From Clostridiales bacterium (lineage in GTDB: Bacteria > Bacillota > Clostridia > Saccharofermentanales > Saccharofermentanaceae), in assembly GCA_017513085.1 (NCBI GenBank), contig JAFWDK010000010.1, forward strand, positions 288,001 through 352,000: DNA of 64,000 nt, given 5' to 3'. Of this stretch, positions 19,514 to 30,043 are shown piece after piece. The notes below the pieces were generated by a model. The model was not told the DNA's origin, did not search any database, and saw only the letters and a program-made list of their open reading frames with translations. The number at the start of each line of letters is the position of its first letter. Position 1 is the first letter of the stretch. Position numbers and translations under genes: made by a program.

Positions 19514-20872
19514 ATGGAAACAAGAATTCGTTCGTTAATAGATCAGCTTTTAAAGCAAGCAGCCGAAGAAGGCTTTTTGGAGTCTGAAGTATTTTTTGAG
19601 TCTGATGTTTCTACTTCTGTTCAGGCTCTGGAAGGGAAGATCGTCCAATATGAGAGTTCTGATGCTTCCGGACTTTCATTCCGTGGCCTTTTCAATGGCC
19701 AGATGGGTTATGCCTATACTGAGGATATCTCGGAAGATATGATCCCGTTTCTGCTTTCTCAGGCTAAAGATAATTGCCGGATCCTCGAAGTCAAAGAAAA
19801 AGTTACAGTGTATGAGGGAGAAAAGGAGTATCCTGAGTGTGAATTCTTCAACGAAGATCTTATTAAGATCGGGTACAATGAGCTGGCTGACACGGCGCTT
19901 CAACTGGAAAAGAAAACGTTGGCGTATGATTCTCGAATAGAATCTGTCGATGATTGCTATGTGGTGTATTCAAGCGGAGAACTTCTGATCACCAATTCCA
20001 AGGGAATGGTCTGTGAAAGTAAAGAAAACGGCATTTCTGTATATATTGGATGCCGTGCCCGTGATGGCGAAGATGTGCAAACAGCAGGAAAAAGCTGGTC
20101 TTTCACATCTTATGATCAACTGAACATGGACGAATGCGCGATGACAGTCGGTAAAAAAGTAATCGAAAAACTTGGCGCACACTCGGTTCCATCGGTCAAA
20201 ACTTCGATCGTATTAGACAGATTTGCCGCAAGAAGCCTGCTTGGCGCATTTGCGGGTGCTTTTTCCGCAGAAGCCATGCAAAAAGGACTTTCCCGTCTTG
20301 CCGGCCGTGTCGGAGAAAAGATCGCGAATACCAACATTACGCTGATCGATGAAGGTATGATCGGTGATTCTCCACTGTGTATTCCTTTTGACTCGGAAGG
20401 CGTTTCGGCTAAGCGTACTGTTCTGATCGATAAAGGCGTATTTGTCTCGGCACTGCATAACCGGAAAACTGCTTTGGTAGAGGGGACTGTGAGTACAGGT
20501 AATGGATTCCGTGGCGGAGCCAAGGGGTCTCTTGGTATTTCTCCTACGAATCTCCATTTTGAAAAAGGTACTCTTTCATTTGAGGCGCTTCTGGAAAAGA
20601 TGAAGGATGGAATTCTGATCACGGCTCTTCACGGCTTGCATGCCGGTGTAAACGGCATTTCCGGTGATTTTTCTCTTATGACGGAGGGATTCCTTGTAAA
20701 AGATGGAAAAATCACTGAGCCGGTCAATCAGATCACTGTAGCAGATAATTTCTTTGATGTGCTTCTTAAGATTGAAGATCTTGCAGATGATGTGGATTAT
20801 TATGCTTTTGACGGATCCCACATTCAGTCTCCAAGCTTATTGATTCCGAACGTTTCGGTCGCTGGTGAATGA
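19514..20872 (+). CDS. pmbA: TldE/PmbA subunit
   Basis: PFDSEG, STGN, SGDFS; no HExxxH; follows tldD. Confidence 0.88.
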   Translation: METRIRSLIDQLLKQAAEEGFLESEVFFESDVSTSVQALEGKIVQYESSDASGLSFRGLFNGQMGYAYTEDISEDMIPFLLSQAKDNCRILEVKEKVTVYEGEKEYPECEFFNEDLIKIGYNELADTALQLEKKTLAYDSRIESVDDCYVVYSSGELLITNSKGMVCESKENGISVYIGCRARDGEDVQTAGKSWSFTSYDQLNMDECAMTVGKKVIEKLGAHSVPSVKTSIVLDRFAARSLLGAFAGAFSAEAMQKGLSRLAGRVGEKIANTNITLIDEGMIGDSPLCIPFDSEGVSAKRTVLIDKGVFVSALHNRKTALVEGTVSTGNGFRGGAKGSLGISPTNLHFEKGTLSFEALLEKMKDGILITALHGLHAGVNGISGDFSLMTEGFLVKDGKITEPVNQITVADNFFDVLLKIEDLADDVDYYAFDGSHIQSPSLLIPNVSVAGE

Positions 20873-20874
20873 TC

Positions 20875-22311
20875 TTATAACACAGTCGGATTTCGATGGT
20901 TTTTGCGTAGTTTTCTTTTCCTGGTCATTTTGATGAAAAGGCTTATTGCGAATACCGTTAAGAAAAGAAGAAGAAGTCCTACAAATGAAACAATGATCAT
21001 GTTTACGATACTAAAGGTTGAAGCATCTTTAGTATCTTTTTTTGTATCTTCTTTAACCGTGCTGTTTACGATTTGGATAGAAATGTAGCCGATGCGGTAT
21101 CTGGTTTCATTGCTGAATACCCGGTCAACCGGAACGACGACTGTCTGCTCACTTAATTGAGGTGAGATCGTGACTTTCGAAAGATCTACGACAGTACTGT
21201 ATCCGCTATCTGTAAGGGATAAAGGTACGGAGTAGTATTTCAGGCTGGTGATATTGATGGAATCGATCCGTAGATCCGTGCCTTCAAGTGCGCTCTGGAT
21301 CTGTGAGATGGTTGTCTTTTCAGGATCGGCAAACTCGGAATCTTCAATTTTGGTCGTGGTATATTTACTGAAACAGTATTCGAGAAGTTCCATCATTTCG
21401 CTGTATCTCTTCTCCGCGTCAGATGCACGCATCATAACACCGACCAGTCGTTTTCCTTCTTTCTCTGCTCCGGCAATGATAGTATATCCTAAGCCTTCCG
21501 TATAACCTGTTTTTCCGCCGATATAGTACTCATATGCAAGCTGCGGGGAAGAGATATATCTGTTTCCGTTATTTAAAATGCGCTTGTCGTTGTACTTATT
21601 TGTTGGCTCCATTGTGTAGGATAGACTTGTTGCAATGCTGATATATGTCGGATGATTCAGTGCTTCTTTAAGGATTAAAGCGAGATCATGGCATGTCGAA
21701 TAATGGTCATAATCAGATTTTCCATAAGGGTTGGAAAAGTGAGTATGGGTACAGCCGAGCTCCATCGCGCGCTTGTTCATTAAATCTACGAATGATTTTT
21801 CGGACCCGGCCATTTCAATGGCCAGCGCCATGCAGGCGTCGTTTGCGGATTTTAAAATGCAGGAATAAAGACACTCTTCTACTGTAACGATCTCGCCCTC
21901 CTCAAATCCAATACGTACAAAATCTCTCGGAATCGTTTCGTACATGCTCGGTTTGAATGTGATCTTATCCGATAACTGCAGGTTTTCCAAAGCAAGAAGA
22001 ACAGTCATGATCTGCGTGATGCTGGCCGGTTCCATCTGGCTTTCATAATCTTTACCGATCAGCATGGTGTCCGAAAGAGCGTCATAGACGAGATATCCGT
22101 TTGCATTCGGCTCGATAAGCCCTGACGGTGAAGGGTCCAGAAGACCTTCTACAGGATTCCCGGGTTGGTCGGTTGATTCTTGACGGACATCCTCAGTATT
22201 CTTGCTTTCGTCTGCAAAAAGAAGTTTGAAAGGAAAGAATGAACATAGGAAAACGACGGCTAGAAAACCGGCGATCATCTCTAACGTACGCGAGTGCTTC
22301 TTCCTGTTCAT
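20875..22311 (-). CDS. D-alanyl-D-alanine carboxypeptidase-like protein (peptidase S11), SxxK altered to SITQ
   Basis: Signal peptide, PASITQ, SANDA, HFSNPYG, GGKTGYT, C-terminal TM plus basic tail; start placed after GGAG RBS. Confidence 0.85.
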   Translation of the reverse strand: MNRKKHSRTLEMIAGFLAVVFLCSFFPFKLLFADESKNTEDVRQESTDQPGNPVEGLLDPSPSGLIEPNANGYLVYDALSDTMLIGKDYESQMEPASITQIMTVLLALENLQLSDKITFKPSMYETIPRDFVRIGFEEGEIVTVEECLYSCILKSANDACMALAIEMAGSEKSFVDLMNKRAMELGCTHTHFSNPYGKSDYDHYSTCHDLALILKEALNHPTYISIATSLSYTMEPTNKYNDKRILNNGNRYISSPQLAYEYYIGGKTGYTEGLGYTIIAGAEKEGKRLVGVMMRASDAEKRYSEMMELLEYCFSKYTTTKIEDSEFADPEKTTISQIQSALEGTDLRIDSINITSLKYYSVPLSLTDSGYSTVVDLSKVTISPQLSEQTVVVPVDRVFSNETRYRIGYISIQIVNSTVKEDTKKDTKDASTFSIVNMIIVSFVGLLLLFLTVFAISLFIKMTRKRKLRKNHRNPTVL

Positions 22312-22438
22312 CTTCATGCTCCACCTGTATTTTTTTCGATTCGATCGATTTTTTTCATTCACAAACCCCGTTAATTCATGTATCATTAAAGGGTCAAAAA
22401 CAACGAAATAAATCGAAGTAGAAATCGAGGTAATTTAC

Positions 22439-23932
22439 GTGTCAACAGTTATTGTATCGCAAGATGAATTATTGCGCCATAATTCTGTACTTACGTACCT
22501 GAAAAATGAGATCTCTGCCCGCGCGCAAGAGAAGGGCAGGAGCCTTACATATTTTATCCGTACCTATGGATGCCAATTAAATGAAGCTGATAGTGAAAAA
22601 CTGGCCGGAGTATTCCAAGAAATCGGTCTTGTTGAGGCGCAAGAGCACGAAGCGCCGGATTTTCTTCTCCTGAATACATGTACGATCCGTGAGAATGCAG
22701 ATGTACGACTGTTTGGTAATTTAGGTATGTATAAGACCTGGAAGATCCAGAATCCTGAAATGTTTATCGCAGTTTGCGGATGTATGATGAAGCAGCAGGA
22801 AAACGTCGATAAGATCAAGAAAAGTTTTCCTTTTGTCGATGCCTGCTTCGGACCGGCAGATATCCATTTATTTCCGTCTATTCTTGAGAAGAAACTCAAT
22901 CAGAGAAAACGTGTTTTCTCCATTTCTGAAGAAGATTATCTTGTTGAGGACAACTGTATTCCGGTAAAGCGCAAGCGTAAATTCCGTGCTTTGGTACCGA
23001 TCATGTACGGATGTAATAATTTCTGCACATATTGTGTTGTTCCGTTTACTCGGGGAAGAGAACGTTCCCGTGAATCAGGAATGATCTTGAAACAACTGTC
23101 TGAACTTGCAGCTTCCGGTTATCATGAAGTGATGCTCCTTGGACAGAATGTCAACTCTTATGGAAAAGACCGTGATGACGAGATTTCTTTTGCGGAGCTG
23201 TTGGAAAAAGCAGCTCAGATCGAGGGCTTTTCACGTATACGTTTTATGACTTCTCATCCGAAAGATATTTCTGATGATGTGATAATGACTATGCAGAAAT
23301 ATCCGAATATTGAACGTCATCTCCATCTGCCCATGCAATCAGGAAGTGACCGAATATTAAAAAACATGAACCGGCATTATGATCAGGCACAGTTCTTGCG
23401 CACCGCGTTAAAGTTCCGTGAATGCCTTCCGGATGCAACATTGTCTACCGATATTATTGTCGGATTCCCCGGTGAAACCGAAGAAGACTTTCAGCAGACT
23501 TTGGAAGTTGTGAAGAAATGTAAGTTTGATAGTGCTTTTACCTTCCAGTATTCAAAAAGACCGGGCACCAAGGCCGCCGTCATGCCGGATCAGGTGCCTC
23601 AGGATGTTGTCACTGAGCGGTTCGGCAGGCTCTTGGAACTGCAGAATGAATTGACTTTTGAGTCTAACCGTTCGGTTGTCGGTACGACCGAAGAAATTCT
23701 GATCGAGGGTAGAAGTGCCACTGCTTTTAATATCCTTACGGGACGTACACGTTCGAATCGTCTTGTGAATTTTACTATTCCGGCTGGCGTGACTTATCAG
23801 GGAAAAACCATCGATACATCTGATCCGTCTTTTCAAGCAGATCAATTCGAAGGCGTACTGGCGATGGTCAGATTGACCGGCGCGCGTCCGTTTTCGGTAG
23901 AAGGGGAATTGGAGAGTTTTATTGATGGATAA
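22439..23932 (+). CDS. miaB: tRNA-2-methylthio-N6-dimethylallyladenosine synthase
   Basis: TYGCQLN, NTCTIRE, GCNNFCTYCVVP radical-SAM motif, TRAM domain. Confidence 0.95.
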   Translation: MSTVIVSQDELLRHNSVLTYLKNEISARAQEKGRSLTYFIRTYGCQLNEADSEKLAGVFQEIGLVEAQEHEAPDFLLLNTCTIRENADVRLFGNLGMYKTWKIQNPEMFIAVCGCMMKQQENVDKIKKSFPFVDACFGPADIHLFPSILEKKLNQRKRVFSISEEDYLVEDNCIPVKRKRKFRALVPIMYGCNNFCTYCVVPFTRGRERSRESGMILKQLSELAASGYHEVMLLGQNVNSYGKDRDDEISFAELLEKAAQIEGFSRIRFMTSHPKDISDDVIMTMQKYPNIERHLHLPMQSGSDRILKNMNRHYDQAQFLRTALKFRECLPDATLSTDIIVGFPGETEEDFQQTLEVVKKCKFDSAFTFQYSKRPGTKAAVMPDQVPQDVVTERFGRLLELQNELTFESNRSVVGTTEEILIEGRSATAFNILTGRTRSNRLVNFTIPAGVTYQGKTIDTSDPSFQADQFEGVLAMVRLTGARPFSVEGELESFIDG

Positions 23933-26627
23933 CGATGAACTTTTAACCTATAGCTCCGTAAATGCTGCTGATCTTTCACCAATGATGCGTCAGTATTTTG
24001 AGATGAAGCATCTGGCGAAGGATGCTATTCTGATGTTCCGTCTCGGCGATTTCTATGAGATGTTTTTTGACGATGCCATCATGGTTTCCCGTTTGTTGGA
24101 ACTGACGCTGACTTCCCGTGATTGTGGACTTGAGAAGCGTGCTCCGATGTGTGGTGTCCCTCATCATTCTGCTTCTTCGTATATGCAAAGACTTGTTACG
24201 CAAGGGTATAAAGTTGCTATCTGTGAGCAGATGGAGGATCCGGCGTTGGCTAAGGGCCTTGTTAAGCGTTCCATTACTCGGGTTTTGACTCCAGGTACGG
24301 TAACCGATACAAGTGGCTTGGATGATAAGAAGAACAATTATCTGGTAAGTATCTATAAGGTGGGCATGCAGTATGGTGTTGCTTCAGCAGATATTACGAC
24401 CGGTATCATCGAAGCGACGCAACTTATTAACGGAAATACTTCATCACATCTTGTGAATCTTCTTTCCAAGTATCGTGCTTCGGAATTGATCTATAATGAG
24501 GATTTTGTAAAAGATCCGCTCTTTTCCTATATTCAGGATAATCTCGTAGCTTCCGTAACACTTCGCCCGAATGAGGATTTCCGTAGCGGCCTTTCGGATC
24601 GTGTATTGCCGGAAAAATATAAAAAGACTTCTTCGCCATCTTCAAAAAAGAAGGCCAGTTCTTTTGCCGATGAAGCGAAAAACATGCTTTTGATTTCAGC
24701 TATCGATGCGATTCTGGCTTATCTGGATGAGACACAGCAGTCGTGTGTTACGCATTTTTCCGAAGCCAGGATCTTCGAGATCTCGGAAACGATGGAACTG
24801 GATGTTTCGACAAGAACTAACCTGGAAATTACTTCCACAATACGCTCCAAGTCCAAGAAAGGCAGCCTGTTATGGGCCATCGACCTTACCGAGACTTCCA
24901 TGGGGGGGCGTATGCTTCGCCAATTCGTCGAAGAACCTTTGATCGATATCGATCAGATTCGCGAGAGATTGGATGCTGTAGAACAGGCGAAAGAAAACTT
25001 CATGGCACGACAGGAACTGCGTGAAGCTTTACAGGGTGTTTATGACATAGAAAGACTGGCCAGCCGTATTTCGCTTTCTTCTGTAAATGCGAGAGATCTT
25101 CTTTGCCTGCGCAATACTTTATCCAAACTTCCGTATTTGCGGCAGTGTGCCGCTTGCTTCAATAAGGGTATCCTGGCCAAAGCGCATGATGATCTGGAAG
25201 ATCTATCTGACATATATGAACTTCTGGATAGTTCTTTGGCAGAAGATCCGCCGATTTCCATCAAAGAAGGCGGCATCATTAAAGATGGATATAACGAAGA
25301 GGCGGATAAGTTGCGTCATGCTTCGAAAGATGGTAAGTCGATCATACTTGAGATGGAAGCCAAGGAAAGAGAAGCTACCGGTATTAAAAACCTTAAAATC
25401 AGCTATAACAAGGTATTCGGTTATTATATCGAAGTTTCCAAAGGAAATGTGTCGTTGGTTCCGGATCATTATATCCGTAAGCAGACGCTTACGACCGGCG
25501 AACGCTATATCACGGAAGAAATGAAAAAAATCGAGGAATCGATCGTCGGCGCGACGGCAAAACTCATTAACCTTGAGTATGAATTATTCTGCGATATACG
25601 TGAGAAGATTGCATCTCAGGTTCACAGGCTGTTCAAAGTGGCCTCTTCATTATCTATGCTTGATGTCATCATGTCTTTAGGCGAGCTGGCAGAGCGGAAT
25701 AATTACTGCAGACCTCTGATCGATGATTCTACGGTTCTGGAAATTGAAGAAGGCCGTCATCCTGTCGTTGAAAAAATGTTGAAAGAAGGGGAGTTTGTAC
25801 CGAACGGGATCCATATGGATCAGGAAAGCAAACGGATCATGATCCTGACCGGCCCGAATATGGCCGGTAAATCCACCTTTATGCGTCAGACGGCACTGAT
25901 CGTTTTGATGGCTCAGATAGGAAGTTTTGTACCTGCTACATCCGCGCATATAGGTATTGTCGATCGTATTTTCACCAGGATCGGTGCATCCGATGATATC
26001 TCACTGGGTCAATCCACTTTTATGGTCGAGATGAATGAGGTTTCAACGATCCTTCGTAACGGAACCTACCGAAGCCTGCTATTACTCGACGAAGTCGGCC
26101 GTGGAACAAGCACTTATGACGGACTTGCCATAGCTTGGGCAATTATCGAGTTTATTGCTAATCGTTCCATTATGTTTGCCAGAACTATATTCGCCACACA
26201 CTATCACGAATTGAATCAGCTTGAGAAGACGATCGAGGGCGTATACAATTCGCATGTTGAAGTGGAAGAAAAGGATAAAGAAGTACATTTCCTTCATAAG
26301 ATTTCAGATGGTGGTACTTCTGACAGTTATGGTATTGAGGTTGCACGTTTGGCAGGTGTTCCTGTTGACGTGGTCGACCGTGCCAATATTATTCTTTCCG
26401 AATTGGAAAACATGAAGAAGATGTCGCTCACATATACGTCCGGCGCAGAAGGGTTCGAAGCACCCTTATCCGGACAGCTTCCGATATTTGCACCTAAGGG
26501 GACAACTTCCAACGGAAGTGACAGTTTGCGAAGTGAACTGGTCAATCTGGACATTTCCACGATCACACCATTGGAAGCGATTAATATTCTCTATTCTTTG
26601 ATTGAAAAAGCGAAAGGAGATAAGTAA
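23925..26627 (+). CDS. mutS: DNA mismatch repair protein MutS
   Basis: PMMRQY, GDFYEMF, TGPNMAGKST, STFMVEM, DEVGRGT, SYGIEVA. Confidence 0.97.
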   Translation: MDNDELLTYSSVNAADLSPMMRQYFEMKHLAKDAILMFRLGDFYEMFFDDAIMVSRLLELTLTSRDCGLEKRAPMCGVPHHSASSYMQRLVTQGYKVAICEQMEDPALAKGLVKRSITRVLTPGTVTDTSGLDDKKNNYLVSIYKVGMQYGVASADITTGIIEATQLINGNTSSHLVNLLSKYRASELIYNEDFVKDPLFSYIQDNLVASVTLRPNEDFRSGLSDRVLPEKYKKTSSPSSKKKASSFADEAKNMLLISAIDAILAYLDETQQSCVTHFSEARIFEISETMELDVSTRTNLEITSTIRSKSKKGSLLWAIDLTETSMGGRMLRQFVEEPLIDIDQIRERLDAVEQAKENFMARQELREALQGVYDIERLASRISLSSVNARDLLCLRNTLSKLPYLRQCAACFNKGILAKAHDDLEDLSDIYELLDSSLAEDPPISIKEGGIIKDGYNEEADKLRHASKDGKSIILEMEAKEREATGIKNLKISYNKVFGYYIEVSKGNVSLVPDHYIRKQTLTTGERYITEEMKKIEESIVGATAKLINLEYELFCDIREKIASQVHRLFKVASSLSMLDVIMSLGELAERNNYCRPLIDDSTVLEIEEGRHPVVEKMLKEGEFVPNGIHMDQESKRIMILTGPNMAGKSTFMRQTALIVLMAQIGSFVPATSAHIGIVDRIFTRIGASDDISLGQSTFMVEMNEVSTILRNGTYRSLLLLDEVGRGTSTYDGLAIAWAIIEFIANRSIMFARTIFATHYHELNQLEKTIEGVYNSHVEVEEKDKEVHFLHKISDGGTSDSYGIEVARLAGVPVDVVDRANIILSELENMKKMSLTYTSGAEGFEAPLSGQLPIFAPKGTTSNGSDSLRSELVNLDISTITPLEAINILYSLIEKAKGDK

Positions 26628-26629
26628 AA

Positions 26630-28603
26630 ATGTCCAGAATTCATGTTCTTGATGCGGCAACCGCCAATGCGATCGCTGCCGGTGAAGTTATTGAACGCCC
26701 GATGTCTATAGTAAAAGAACTGATGGAAAACTCAATTGATGCCGGGGCCACGCAGATCACAGTTGAGATCAAAGATGGCGGCATCACTTTTATCCGTGTC
26801 CGGGATAACGGTTGCGGAATGGATGAAGAAGATGCAAAGAATGCATTCATTTGTCATGCCACCAGTAAGATCACGTCTCTGGACGAACTTTTCTCTCTTC
26901 ATTCTATGGGATTCCGTGGTGAGGCGCTTGCTAGTATATCTGCCGCTGCCAAAGTTACACTTACTACAAAAGAACCGCTTGCCGAACGTGGAACATGCAT
27001 CCGTTATGAAGGTGGTCAGTTTATTTCCTGTACGCCTGTGGGCGCTTCCTCCGGCACCACCGTCGAAGTATCCGATCTGTTCTATAATCTCCCGGCGCGT
27101 TTTAAGTTCTTAAAGAAAGACCAGACCGAAGCCAACTATATTCAGGTACTTGTAGAGCGCTTTATTCTTTGTCACACAGACATTTCTTTTAAGTTTATCA
27201 AGAATGGAAAGACGATCCTGAACAGTCCGGGAAACTGCGACCCTGCATCCGCTCTTTATACTGTATATGGAAAAGAAATCGTGAATAATTGCCGTCCAAT
27301 CGATTGTACGATCGACGGAATCACGGTAAAAGGATTTGCCGGACTTCCACATATCTCCCGAGCATCCCGTTCGGAACAGATCATTTTCGTAAATCAGCGT
27401 CTGATCCGCTCAAAAACAATTTCTGCGGCTATCGATGCTGCTTACACTAATATGCTGATGAAAGGAAAATATGCTTTTGTGATCCTGGATATCCTGATGC
27501 CGTCTTCAGATCTGGATGTCAATGTTCATCCGCAAAAAGCTGAAGTTCGATTCTCCAATGAATCTGTGATCTATCGTGCTGTGTATCATGCCATTATGAA
27601 CACACTTGCGCAAGAATCCATGAGCGTCGATTATTCTTTTTCTAAAGAAGACAAAGCGGAAAAAAACCAGGTAGAAGAGAAGAAAGAAGCAGTACATGAG
27701 GCGATTAAACCGGAACCGGTCAGGGATCCGGGATTCGTTGCGCCACTTCCGCAAACACCCCCTAAGGCTGTATCTTCATCCGCATCTTCATATCCGCCCA
27801 AGGATTTTACATCTTCAATCGGATACAAAAATGCATACTTTACCGAGAGCACTTTACAAGAGACTCCATCTTCCTATTCTGTGTCTTCAACTGACATTCC
27901 GAATCTGGTATCACCGGTTGAGAACGATAAACAAGAACCATCATTATCGGAACCGGAAAAAGAATTCACACAGCCTGAACTTCCGGCTTCTGCTTTCACG
28001 TCAAAAGAGGAAAGCCTTTCGGAATTGTTATCTTCCCGAGTGATCGGTACTTTGTTTGATACATATATACTTATGGAATCTCCGGACAAGCAGCTTCTCA
28101 TGATCGATCAGCATGCCGCACATGAAAAAATACTTTATGAGAAACTTGTTGATAAAGAGCAAAAGAAAGAAGTTGTTTCCCAGCCATTGCTTGCTCCTGT
28201 CATTATATCAATGTCCCGTTCCGATATTTCATTTATTGAAGAAAACATGGAACAGTTGACCGGCATAGGCTTTGAAATCTCTTCGCTGGGAGATAATGAT
28301 CTGGCAATCCGGTCCATTCCTGCTCAGATCGAACCTGAATCGGTTAGGGAATCCTTCATTGCTATGGTCGATGAGTGGATGCATGCAAGTAAGACTCAGA
28401 AAGATGCATTGATATTGTCTTTGGCGACCAGTGCTTGTAAAGCTGCAGTGAAAGGTCATGACAAACTACATGATATTGAGATACAAGGTTTGATCGAACA
28501 GCTTTCTAAGCTCCGTGATCCTTATCATTGTCCTCACGGAAGACCGATACTGATCCGTCTATCTCAGAACGAAATTGAAAAAGAGTTCAAACGTATAGTG
28601 TAA
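26630..28603 (+). CDS. mutL: DNA mismatch repair endonuclease MutL
   Basis: IAAGEVIERP, GFRGEAL, DQHAAHE, CK, CPHGRP. Confidence 0.97.
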   Translation: MSRIHVLDAATANAIAAGEVIERPMSIVKELMENSIDAGATQITVEIKDGGITFIRVRDNGCGMDEEDAKNAFICHATSKITSLDELFSLHSMGFRGEALASISAAAKVTLTTKEPLAERGTCIRYEGGQFISCTPVGASSGTTVEVSDLFYNLPARFKFLKKDQTEANYIQVLVERFILCHTDISFKFIKNGKTILNSPGNCDPASALYTVYGKEIVNNCRPIDCTIDGITVKGFAGLPHISRASRSEQIIFVNQRLIRSKTISAAIDAAYTNMLMKGKYAFVILDILMPSSDLDVNVHPQKAEVRFSNESVIYRAVYHAIMNTLAQESMSVDYSFSKEDKAEKNQVEEKKEAVHEAIKPEPVRDPGFVAPLPQTPPKAVSSSASSYPPKDFTSSIGYKNAYFTESTLQETPSSYSVSSTDIPNLVSPVENDKQEPSLSEPEKEFTQPELPASAFTSKEESLSELLSSRVIGTLFDTYILMESPDKQLLMIDQHAAHEKILYEKLVDKEQKKEVVSQPLLAPVIISMSRSDISFIEENMEQLTGIGFEISSLGDNDLAIRSIPAQIEPESVRESFIAMVDEWMHASKTQKDALILSLATSACKAAVKGHDKLHDIEIQGLIEQLSKLRDPYHCPHGRPILIRLSQNEIEKEFKRIV

Positions 28604-28611
28604 GGTTGAAT

Positions 28612-29556
28612 ATGGAAGAGAATGCACAACAGTTGTTTGCTTTGACAGGGTATAGAAGCATACCGGTTATTTGTGGTCCGACAGCAAGCGCAAAAACTTC
28701 ATTGGCGATCCGCGTTGCCCGTGAACTGGACGGACAGATATGCTGTTGTGATTCGATGCAGATCTATAAACATCTCTCGATCGGAACTGCGAAACCGACT
28801 AGAGAAGAGTGTGCTCTGGTACCTCACCATTTGATTGATCTTGTTGAACCGGATACTTCATTTCATGTTGCTTCGTATTTAGATGCTGCTTACACTAAAA
28901 TCGAAGAATTACTTGACTCACATATTCTTCCTGTTTTTTGCGGAGGAACCGGACAGTATGTTTCCGCTCTGCAAAAAGGGATCTCTTTCGATGAGGCACC
29001 GGTAGATCATGAGTTGGAAGAGAAGTATTGGGAAAAATACAGAAAAGATGGAATTGATGACATCTTTGAGAAGCTTCGCGTTATCGATCCCAAAGCAGCA
29101 GAGAAGATACATCCTAATAACACGAAGCGAGTTATTCATACTCTTGCACTTTGTGAGTCATTAGGAAAGACTACTGAGGAGATTCATAAAGATTCAAATA
29201 AGGAAGGTCCACGGTATCCATTTACTCTCTTTTGCATAGATTGGCCGAGAGATGAATTGTATCAAAGAATCAATTTACGTGTGGATCAAATGATGAACGA
29301 TGGTCTTCTTGAGGAAGCCAAATGGCTCTATGATCAAAAGTATGAAAAGAATGTCACGGCACTCCAGGCAATCGGGTATAAGGAGTTTTTTCCATATTTC
29401 GATAACCGTTGCACCTTGGAAGAATCAATTTCATTATTGAAGCAGCATACTCGTAATTATGCTAAGAGACAATTGACCTGGTTTCGCCATTTGGATGGGA
29501 TTCATTGGATTTCTTTTGAGCATATCAAAGATTACTCTGTAAAATCTTTCCTATAA
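28612..29556 (+). CDS. miaA: tRNA dimethylallyltransferase
   Basis: GPTASAKT, DSMQIY, IGTAKP, GGTG, TRNYAKRQLTWF. Confidence 0.95.
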   Translation: MEENAQQLFALTGYRSIPVICGPTASAKTSLAIRVARELDGQICCCDSMQIYKHLSIGTAKPTREECALVPHHLIDLVEPDTSFHVASYLDAAYTKIEELLDSHILPVFCGGTGQYVSALQKGISFDEAPVDHELEEKYWEKYRKDGIDDIFEKLRVIDPKAAEKIHPNNTKRVIHTLALCESLGKTTEEIHKDSNKEGPRYPFTLFCIDWPRDELYQRINLRVDQMMNDGLLEEAKWLYDQKYEKNVTALQAIGYKEFFPYFDNRCTLEESISLLKQHTRNYAKRQLTWFRHLDGIHWISFEHIKDYSVKSFL

Positions 29557-29659
29557 TGCCGGAATATACTTTTGAAGTATAAAATAGTGCTTATATTATC
29601 AAGATTAATTTTCATATCCGTGTTATTATTTCCTCACAAGAAGTTTAAAGGAGGAAATA

Positions 29660-30040
29660 ATGATGAAAACAGTCCTAAAGAACACTCACATTCCAAGCCG
29701 TAATGTGGCGAGAAAACCGCATACGAATAATGGGCACAATGCCATAAAAGTTCGTGATCCCGGAACTCGCACACCCATCCACGTTCACGAGATCTTTCTC
29801 AACAGTTGTCGTAAAGATTACACAAGCGTAGAAGTCGTAACCAAGTCAGGTGAGATCATCGATGGAATCATAGACTGTTATGATAAAGACACGATCGTGC
29901 TTCATAACGACATGGCACAATTATTGATCTACAAGCACTCTATCAATTACATTTCTCCCCGAAACGGAAAAAAACTCATCATTCCTGAAGGAGAGATGAG
30001 TCAAATTCCAGATGATGAAGCGTTAATGATTGAAGATTGA
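29660..30040 (+). CDS. hfq: Divergent Hfq/Sm-fold RNA chaperone with N-terminal extension
   Basis: FLN..RK helix, Sm1 G..I..YD, Sm2 IYKHSI...P; canonical position after miaA; AAAGGAGG RBS. Confidence 0.75.
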   Translation: MMKTVLKNTHIPSRNVARKPHTNNGHNAIKVRDPGTRTPIHVHEIFLNSCRKDYTSVEVVTKSGEIIDGIIDCYDKDTIVLHNDMAQLLIYKHSINYISPRNGKKLIIPEGEMSQIPDDEALMIED

Positions 30041-30043
30041 TCT

